Below, piece by piece: positions 54,801 through 64,000 of a stretch of DNA of 64,000 nucleotides (the first letter of the stretch is position 1; every line of letters starts with the position of its first letter). The stretch covers positions 590,556 through 654,555 of the forward strand of contig NW_002060967.1 in the NCBI RefSeq assembly GCF_000150275.1, read 5' to 3'. The position numbers and the translations under genes were made by a program. This DNA comes from Trichoplax adhaerens. Lineage: Eukaryota > Animalia > Placozoa. The notes beneath the pieces are model-generated. The model saw only the letters and a program-made list of their open reading frames with translations, was not told where the DNA came from and did no database searches.

Positions 54801-57800
54801 ACATTTTTCTTAAAATATAAAATTTAAACTTTTACAACTCGTAAAAAGTTTTTATAAAATATTACTTATTAAATACAAAATTTAGTTACAATTTAATCAT
54901 TAGAATAAATTATTATTTAAATGCACTTACAAATAATTTACGTTATTCATATCAAAAAGTAGATTCTTAGGCGTTTGCAAGATCATAGCCATCTAATATT
55001 CTATTGTTGCAAATAACGTAACAGAAATCAAACCAATAAATATCGTGATATTTAATTAATATGTTAATATTTTTCTAGTTTTAAGTTAGATACAATAACG
55101 AGAAATTAAGATACAATGTCATATAGTGCTTTCTTTCAGATAGTATTGCGATCAATTTGTCAGTTGTTAGATTAGTGTAGCTCAGACTCCTAGAAGCGGA
55201 AGATAATTAAAGAAGAAAATAGTGGACAAGAAAAATTATGCATAATTTTAAGCACAATTAACTTGTAAGAATCAAAGCTTTATAAATATGGTAAAATATA
55301 CTGGTTTATAGATAGCTCGATTATTTGGTTATTGTAATTAACTCAAAGAAGTTAAAATCTCGATTAAAGTATTGGAGTTAGAATTCTAAAATCCTCGGAA
55401 AGAAGTTCTTCTGTAACTATTAAGACGTTGATACAGGAGTATTTTAGTTATTCAGTGTGAGAAGTTGATTTCTTACAAAATTTTAATATTGGACAGATTC
55501 ATAATCCCATAATGATTTATTTCTTTTAGATTATTACCATTCAGAAATCTGCAAGAAAAATATCGTTGAAATATTACTGCCAATCTTAATATATTTACCT
55601 GACTAACTGGAAATCATTAGTAAACAAATCATGATAATTAGATATGATATAAATTTGAATTTATCTATCTTTAATCTGATTTCTGATCTGCATTTAAATC
55701 ATGGTAGCAGAAATGTCACGTGAAATAGTGGCAATTTCGTAATTGCTACTATACCGGAGAAAGTATATGAAACCTTTAGAGTACGTGACTGTAGTGTGTT
55801 CACTAATGAGCATCTGAAGGTACATGTAATTTAGTCCCAATACCATCAACCTTTGATACTAAATATTTAATCCCTTAAAGATAATTAACTCATAACATAA
55901 TTAATCAATTAAAAATATATTATGAATCAGTAATACAGAATTATTAAATCATATGATAACTAACTCATGATCTAATTAATTAATTAACAATATAGTATAA
56001 ATGAATTTAGTGTATTGTATATTAATTGTCAATAAAGCGATATTATTAAATCATATCAATGCATACTATTATACGTATGTCATACTGTTAGTACATACCG
56101 TGAAATTTCTTTGAGTCTCGTTAGTGCTAACTATTATAATTATTTATAAAATATTAGTACACAATTAGTGCGTTGATTAGCGTATTCCCAATGGTGTTAC
56201 TGAGTAGTTGTTGTTTTTATTATGAAAATGTTATCTATCAGTAATTTTTTTATTCATTAATTAGGGACAATGTCTATATAACGGATTATTCGTAAAATAA
56301 AGCCGTTAAACGAGTGTTATTAAGATGCGCTGTGCTGTAATAGCCTGCAAGAATAAATCTATACACATCGGTATAAGAATTTTTATAGGATTAAGGTGCA
56401 GAAATACTGAAAATATCAGCAAAGAAACAGGTTCTTAAAGATTAGCTCGAAGTATTAGCAATCATAGAGTTATCTTTTAGATCAGAGAAGAAAACTAAAA
56501 TTAATTCACATTATCTTCGTATTTATTGATATGGAAGTGTTAATTAAGATTTACTACTGAATCTGTTGTCCATTCAAATATGGTATGATTAAATACTATG
56601 AAGTCATATCCTAAAAGAGTAAAAATAAATTGTCACATAATTAATACTTTTAACTCTATAAAAGTATATAATCTACGGCGATTTAGCTCTTCGTGTAAAT
56701 TCAAACCTTTTTTGGTATGTATCGTTTGGTTTTTAAATAAAGCAAAGAAAGGATATCCCCAAATTTTTTACTGCCACGTAAGCTATTTTATATTTGTGTG
56801 GTTCATTAGTATTTGCAGTTTTTGTAATCATTTTATGATATTGAAATAATTCAAAGACAATTTGAAGGAAGCTGAAATTTACTTGGCTTATAAAGTAACA
56901 TATAGATAGTGCGACATACTGCGTATGCCATGATTAAAGATATATTTACGTTATTTACAGAAAAAATAATAATTGTGCTTAGTCTTATTCATTATAGATC
57001 GAATTGAACTAGCTAAATTACAACATTTTATAAGGATGCGAGCTTGCTTGATTAGCAATTTGAAATTTTTATTTTTTTAAGTGTAATAGCTTCATTGCTA
57101 CAACGGGTCTCAATTCTTTATACAAGAACGAATACCGTACTTCACTATTTCATCATCAGCTACGGCCCACTAACATACTTTTTCCTACTCAAATCATTTC
57201 ATTAAGGCTAAAGAGCTCAATAACGGACGTCGAATATCCACACAGCTGTATTTACTGTAGTTATACTTGTATAATGGTATGATCTTGCTTTTATGTTATT
57301 CGAACTATTTTAGAGAGTTTGGTCCCCAATTGCAAAACTGATTTGNNNNNNNNNNNNNNNNNNNNNNNNNNNNNNNNNNNNNNNNNNNNNNNNNNNNNNN
57401 NNNNNNNNNNNNNNNNNNNNNNNNNNNNNNNNNNNNNNNNNNNNNNNNNNNNNNNNNNNNNNNNNNNNNNNNNNNNNNNNNNNNNNNNNNNNNNNNNNNN
57501 NNNNNNNNNNNNNNNNNNNNNNNNNNNNNNNNNNNNNNNNNNNNNNNNNNNNNNNNNNNNNNNNNNNNNNNNNNNNNNNNNNNNNNNNNNNNNNNNNNNN
57601 NNNNNNNNNNNNNNNNNNNNNNNNNNNNNNNNNNNNNNNNNNNNNNNNNNNNNNNNNNNNNNNNNNNNNNNNNNNNNNNNNNNNNNNNNNNNNNNNNNNN
57701 NNNNNNNNNNNNNNNNNNNNNNNNNNNNNNNNNNNNNNNNNNNNNNNNNNNNNNNNNNNNNNNNNNNNNNNNNNNNNNNNNNNNNNNNNNNNNNNNNNNN

Positions 57801-60800
57801 NNNNNNNNNNNNNNNNNNNNNNNNNNNNNNNNNNNNNNNNNNNNNNNNNNNNNNNNNNNNNNNNNNNNNNNNNNNNNNNNNNNNNNNNNNNNNNNNNNNN
57901 NNNNNNNNNNNNNNNNNNNNNNNNNNNNNNNNNNNNNNNNNNNNNNNNNNNNNNNNNNNNNNNNNNNNNNNNNNNNNNNNNNNNNNNNNNNNNNNNNNNN
58001 NNNNNNNNNNNNNNNNNNNNNNNNNNNNNNNNNNNNNNNNNNNNNNNNNNNNNNNNNNNNNNNNNNNNNNNNNNNNNNNNNNNNNNNNNNNNNNNNNNNN
58101 NNNNNNNNNNNNNNNNNNNNNNNNNNNNNNNNNNNNNNNNNNNNNNNNNNNNNNNNNNNNNNNNNNNNNNNNNNNNNNNNNNNNNNNNNNNNNNNNNNNN
58201 NNNNACCGCATATTTCTCATGATATTACTTAGCCTGATAAATGATCTTAGTTGATAATACCGGAATGACAAAAATCAATTATTCTTTTGCTGTTTTTAAG
58301 ATAAAAAAGTAATATGCACTTACAGTCCTTGGACATAAGGAATCTCTTTAAGTAAAGCTGTGTTGATAATCGAAGTATTTAGATGACAGTTCATCATTGC
58401 TCTAGTAACATAAATATAGGAATTAGCCAAATTTTGCCGAGTTCACAAGAACTAAAGCCTCGCTACAATAAATTCTTTTAAATTTTTTATTTTTTTTAGA
58501 TACTCTAGAACTGTTCAATCTAGAATGAATAATTTGAACAGTGATCGATTAATCTTAAGAAAGCTAATAAAAATTGATATAAATAATTTCATTTACAAAG
58601 TAGCAAGAGATCCAAGATGACGAAATAGGTGAGAGTCAAAGGAGCGCAAATTTACGTTGTTCATGATATATCTATATATGAAATAAAAGCAGCCCAATAA
58701 GCTGTCTCAACTTTTAAATAGGTATTTGTAATTTATGTGACTCGTGATAAGGTATCTTCTCAAAAATATAACTAAAACTACAGTTTTTTGTAAACTTCAC
58801 TTTATTACTTAAGTTAGGTTCGATATCTATCACGGACTATTACTAAATTATCTCTGGGCTTTCTAAGCTATTACAGCTATATTTAAAACCTACAGATATC
58901 TAGTTGCAGAATGATTTTCCTTCATCACAATCATTTCTTGCCGATTAAGTTACAAGATTAAATATAAATTTACCTTTGCACTATCTATTCATAATTTGTA
59001 CTTCTAATTTAAGCATCGGAATACAAATTTCACAATACTAACATACCTAGCACAATCTATTCATATCTCGATATCTTAATATATACATCTTATTAAACTT
59101 GTTGCAACAACTACGGTAATCTACTGCTATAGATGGACACTTATGCAGTACGGTGCAATTTACAGTCTAGTAATCGTCGTCTTAGATATATTTGGGGCTG
59201 TACTACATACAATACTGATCATAATTAAGCATGTTCAACGCAAGGGTCTTACAATTTTTCAACAAAATCGAGCCTTCTAAAGGATATTTCCTTAAGATCG
59301 GTAAGGTATGGACTTCCTATAGCGCTGTGTCCGTCGAAAGAATTTATTATATAGTATATGAGATTAAATAAAAATCATCACATGAAGTTAAATATAGCTC
59401 TGTAGATGGATAATGTAACTCTCACAGATGCTTTCTCTTACAGCAATCGCAATCTGATTAATTTTTGGAAAGCAAAATCAGGAATTTCTGAAAACGCATT
59501 GTCAGCTATATACCTGCAAAAGTTACACACATTTTTTCAATACTTTCGGGTTTCAAATTCAGTTACAATTCATCTTTGCTCTATCAGCATATCTCATTAT
59601 AGTCATAGACTGTTACGCTTTCGAAACTCTTCTACTTTGTAGCAAGGAAGATTTGCTAGAAATCTCCATGCCAGTCCAGTAGAGCTAAAGTATTGAACTA
59701 AGCTTTATTGACTTACTATGGCGAAATATATTCGTACAAAGCTTACGGTTAATCAAGGGCATGTTAAACCCCCCCCCCCAAAATGCGATAAAATTCTTAC
59801 AAATAAGATAACAGTCGATATTTAATTCACAAAAAGTGATAAGATATCAGAAATGCATTCAGGCAACTATTTAATCTATAACCTCCTCTTCCATGGACTT
59901 ACACCCTGCAAATTTATGCCTAAGTACTGTGCTACTCTAGTCAAAAAGAGTGAGTTAAAGTTATGGTGAGCTAGTAATATAGAAATTATATCAATATAAT
60001 AAAAATTTCATTTTTTAAACAACGACCTTCAAATAATTGAACTCTACTGCAGATGCTTTACTATTAACAACTGAGCTCACTTAAAAAGTTCTCGATCGCA
60101 TGCTTTACAACTAAGATTACTACTGTCAAAAAGACCCAAAATTACTTCATACTTTATTATTAAAGTTAAATTTCTGGTAGCAAAGATATTAAGAGCATTA
60201 AAAGTCTTACTTTACTGAGCAATAATAGAAATAATGCTCTATTGTATTCAGTTAGCAACTCTGGCTAATTTAATAAGAAATATCTCCTGCAAGTAACTAT
60301 TTAATTTATTGAATTAATTTGTACTTTATGCACTATACTTACAACTCCTTTAAGGAACCGATATTATCGAATAGGATGACTGGAATTTTCTTCAGGTAAT
60401 TTTGGGTAAGATTTCTTTTAATTTTAAAGTTTTCAATAAATATATGGGTTTAATGATTACAGTACCTTATAATACGTATGTTAGCTTTGAGATCACTATC
60501 TCGAGTCCATAGTAGAAGAATACGAAATGATGGCATACTTACAGATGCGTCGTAGATGAATAAGGAAGCCCAAAAGCCGCTTCATGTATACTATTAATCA
60601 TATTACTTCCTAGATTTCTATGATTTAAGTTACACTTAAATAGCTTAGTATTTTAGTTATATAAGCTAAGTAATACTTTTCCGCAGTAATAAAAAACCAT
60701 AAAAGCGAATCAAGCGATAATTTTTAGAAACATTAAATGACGTTTGAATTAATAGGAAATCTATAGCAGAGGCTGTAGTGAGTTGAACTTTGATTATATT

Positions 60801-62969
60801 TGGATTTGGCCATAAATTTAAACTTTTTTGAATTAAAATAATCTGTCTACAGTACTTGAATTATTCGTAGGCAATGGTATAGTTTTTACTTAAAATTTCT
60901 GAGCATAGGGTTATATATCAAATATAGACATTAAATACAAAATTACGTTAAATTGGAATAGTAATCCATGTGATAGAAATGTTGTAGTTAATACGACTAG
61001 ACTGAATTTTAAGCACTTCCTTGACGATACATTTTAGATGCCTTAGCATCTATTATTAGAAAGTTTACTAAAGTTATAACTCTGCAGGCGGCTGGAATTA
61101 TCATAATATTAAAGTTCTATTTAAGACCGCACAAATGACGAATAAAGCACTTTTAGTAATTTCTCCGAGTTCTTCGTGAGTTGCACTGACTACTGTAGTT
61201 GGCTAGGGATCATCAAATGTAGTGTAGTTCCTTTATAGTAAATTGCCTAGTGACTTTGCTCTAGATTGGTTCTGGTCTTGATTACCGGCGTAGCGGTATA
61301 GCAATAGTAGTGATAGAAGAGGAAGTATCTCTTCTCATTGCATTATTGTATTTAGTGAAATTTTAGTCTGTCACAAACTTGTGCAATTAATAACGTATAT
61401 ATTATTCAACTACGGGATTTGTTCATTATATTCAAAAATACTGACACAAATTACGTTATTCCTAAATTTATTATTCAGAATTTTCTTATTCTAAATTGTA
61501 AAATATTCGAGTAAATTTATTCTTACAATTGCAAAGGAGCAAATGCCGAAAAAGTATTCGAGCCAATGTGATTTATAAAGTTATGTGTTAGGCGTCTGTA
61601 AAGAAGTAGAGGCTTCATTAAAGTCAGTTAAAAATAACTATTAATCATCCAAGGTACATAAATATTATACTTATATTTACAATTGATTTTTTTTAACATG
61701 AAGTAATTCAGATATACAGTAGCCTTTCTCTTAGATTTTATTTAATAATGTTTTAATTAAAAATACTTATATTTATAGTCTATCGATATCCTAAAATATT
61801 ACGATTAAATCAAGTTGAACTGAATTCAGCACTAAACTACTTGATACTTCTATATCAAATACGTACAAATCTTTTAATGATACCATATCTTTGAAAGTTT
61901 CAGGTTCTAAGATGGAAATTTCGTTAACAGACAGTACTCTGAAGCAAAGAAATTGTTTTAGTTTTCTACAACAGTAAAATTAAAATTTTGTCTATACTGT
62001 TAGGTTCTGCCTGAAAAGTTTATAAATGCCTGAGCTTCAAAGTATTTAATCCACAGATTTCAAAATTACATATTGAAAGTTGAAGGTTAGTTAATTGAGT
62101 TGCATAAAATTAGAAAGTAATTTTACTCACAATTTTTTGACGAACCAACATTCTAAAAATTGCCAGCGATTAAGTTTTTTTATTTTGTTGATATACAAGA
62201 TTCTTTGATGACAAAATGTCCGAATTTAACGAATATAAAGTGCATTTAAGTATCGTTAGTGATTTAGTATCGTAGTTATAACTTATGAGGACTATCTAAA
62301 ATAAATAGCGTATATCTAGAAAGATTTCTTACATTTTCTGTAGACTGGTACCATTGCACAAGTGATTTGGTAAACTTACCAATCGATTTCTCCTTAAATC
62401 CCTATCAAAAGTATTACATACATAATCATCGCCTTTTATTTGCACACGACTAGTAAATTATTTATATTTCCATACCTCCAAGTATGAATTACGTTTACTG
62501 TAAATAGGTTTGACATATTTAAGTGCGATTTTGAGTATTCTGCCAAGCTAACAAACAAGAACTAAATATACGTGCAAATATACAATTTGACATCAAAATC
62601 TTTCAGGAAGGTATGAAGGTGATAGTGTGATGGTTCATGAAAACCTGCTTAAATCGATAAATGGTCCATGATGGTTTTATGTTATTTATTATATGAAAGT
62701 AACAATTAAAGCATATTTATGAAGTGAAACGCTGCTAAAAAGTTCAAGTGAAATTTTAACAGGCCAATCTAAAATTTTAACTTCTGCTTGCTTACAAGTA
62801 AAATTCATTACATCAACTCAAACTGACCACTTATAATATGAAGCAGTAAAACAAAATCTCATCTTTGAAGCGACATAATGTAATTTTGTTATTGCGGGTG
62901 CTGACTTATTTTATATTAGGTTATTACGTAAAATTTCTGGTAAATTCTATAATAATTCTATCATACAAG

Positions 62970-63522
62970 ACTGTAATGTAACTAGTAATGTGATTGTAGA
63001 CTGTTAGCCATGTTTAGTATAATATACGGTAGATATTTATCCTAAGAGATATTTGGTAGCTATAACTATAGACTGTAGGTGTATAGACTCTATGCTAGAG
63101 TACAGATGACTATATACAGTAAAGTATTAAGTTACTAATAAGGCTATAGGTAAAAATAGAACTGTAAATCAGATATTAGGATACGGTTAATTCATTGTAC
63201 ATTGGCTGGTGTGAATAATGTCTACTTAAGTACTGTAGTCGTATCCATATTGGATTAATGATGGCCCGCAGTAGAACAGTCTTACTAAGAATAATTTAAC
63301 TATGTGTAATATAAGGTAAAAGGTTGCCATGCGGATTGTAGCTGCGAATGCTACGAAAAGTATAAAAGCATGCAACTTTAGATTATTCTGTTAGTTCGTT
63401 GTAGAAGTCTTTAGTAGTAGTATTCGGCTAGAGTAGAGCTGTATGTAGTTAATCTTTGTATAAGATCCAATAAAGCCCTTATTTTTCTAAAATTTGGAAT
63501 CTCGTGATCGGTATATATCACA
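62970..63522 (-). mobile_element. Composite dispersed repeat (segments A+B), probable non-autonomous element in an intron of paralog 2
   Basis: 63189-63522 is the reverse complement of 12438-12770, and 62970-63170 is the reverse complement of 25057-25262. No ORF is present, and no terminal repeats were identified. Confidence 0.6.
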
Positions 63523-64000
63523 AAGACAAAATCGATAAATGCAGGGAAATCATACATTTCGATCTGAAGCATAATTATATACTCGTAGTTTAGGAATAGT
63601 TAACTTTGTGAATTTTAAAAGTAAATGAAGTACAGTAAACTCTTTCTATATTAAAATGTCATTTTCTTAACCAATTGGAGCTGATTTCATGCTGAATTTA
63701 AGGAACTAATAAACATATATAAAATTAACATACAGTTCGATTAAGTTTGGAAAACTTGAAAAAAATCCATCCCCTATGTGTTCAATTAGATTTCCTTGGA
63801 GAAGTCTATAGAATAAAATTGAGTAAATAAATAAAATTGCTAAGGCAATTCACGATGTTTAACTTCTCGTATCTAAATAGCTCTAGTGAAATTCTGATTA
63901 TATGATAGCTTACGTCACACAATGAATTAAATTACAAAGCAGAAAGTATCCCAAAAGTGCGGCCATGACATAAAGTAATCAAAAGATACCCAACAACTTT

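Larger units (their letters stand above)
45157..62401 (-). pseudogene. LRR-GPCR-pseudokinase paralog 2 with two frameshifts (pseudogene or assembly errors); 5' end probably beyond the window
   Basis: Fifteen LRR exons colinear with paralog 1: 62401-62333, 62202-62131, 61938-61867, 61595-61527, 60617-60543, 60414-60343, 59513-59442, 58401-58324, 55548-55477, 55000-54931 (70 nt, 2-nt deletion), 54808-54737, 54109-54038, 53884-53813, 53237-53166 and 52616-52545. Then 7TM exon 51874-50833 (1-nt deletion near 51400), linker 48807-48734, and kinase-like exons 46781-46549, 46390-46192 and 45478-45230. Confidence 0.78.

Noticed and set aside
57291-58271. Long ORFs of 311-326 aa
   Set aside because: Artefacts of the N gap, which could also hide a real LRR exon.
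62584-62644. Possible degenerate LRR exon of paralog 2
   Set aside because: 61 nt with stops and no clear partner in paralog 1.

Overview
This is AT-rich, intron-containing eukaryotic DNA with four N-gaps. The compact GT-AG introns and gene content fit an early-branching animal, and a placozoan such as Trichoplax is my inference. In order the window holds: (1) the 3' end of a probably GPI-anchored Xaa-Pro aminopeptidase (+); (2) a complete 5-exon thymidylate kinase gene (-) with E2F/CCAAT motifs upstream; (3) a tandem cluster of secreted cysteine-rich proteins with a fibrinogen/intelectin-like N-terminus (two intact genes, one pseudogene); (4) two tandem minus-strand paralogous receptor genes. 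The receptors are the main discovery. Each has a long ectodomain with one LRR per exon, an RXFP/GRL101-type hinge and a class A 7TM domain, and continues by in-frame splicing into a degenerate TGF-beta/activin-receptor-like pseudokinase domain, giving an LRR-GPCR-pseudokinase chimera. The second paralog carries two frameshifts. A dispersed repeat family, duplicated non-coding blocks and a foldback/hairpin cluster are also present. All exon boundaries were assembled by eye from splice signals and reading frames.
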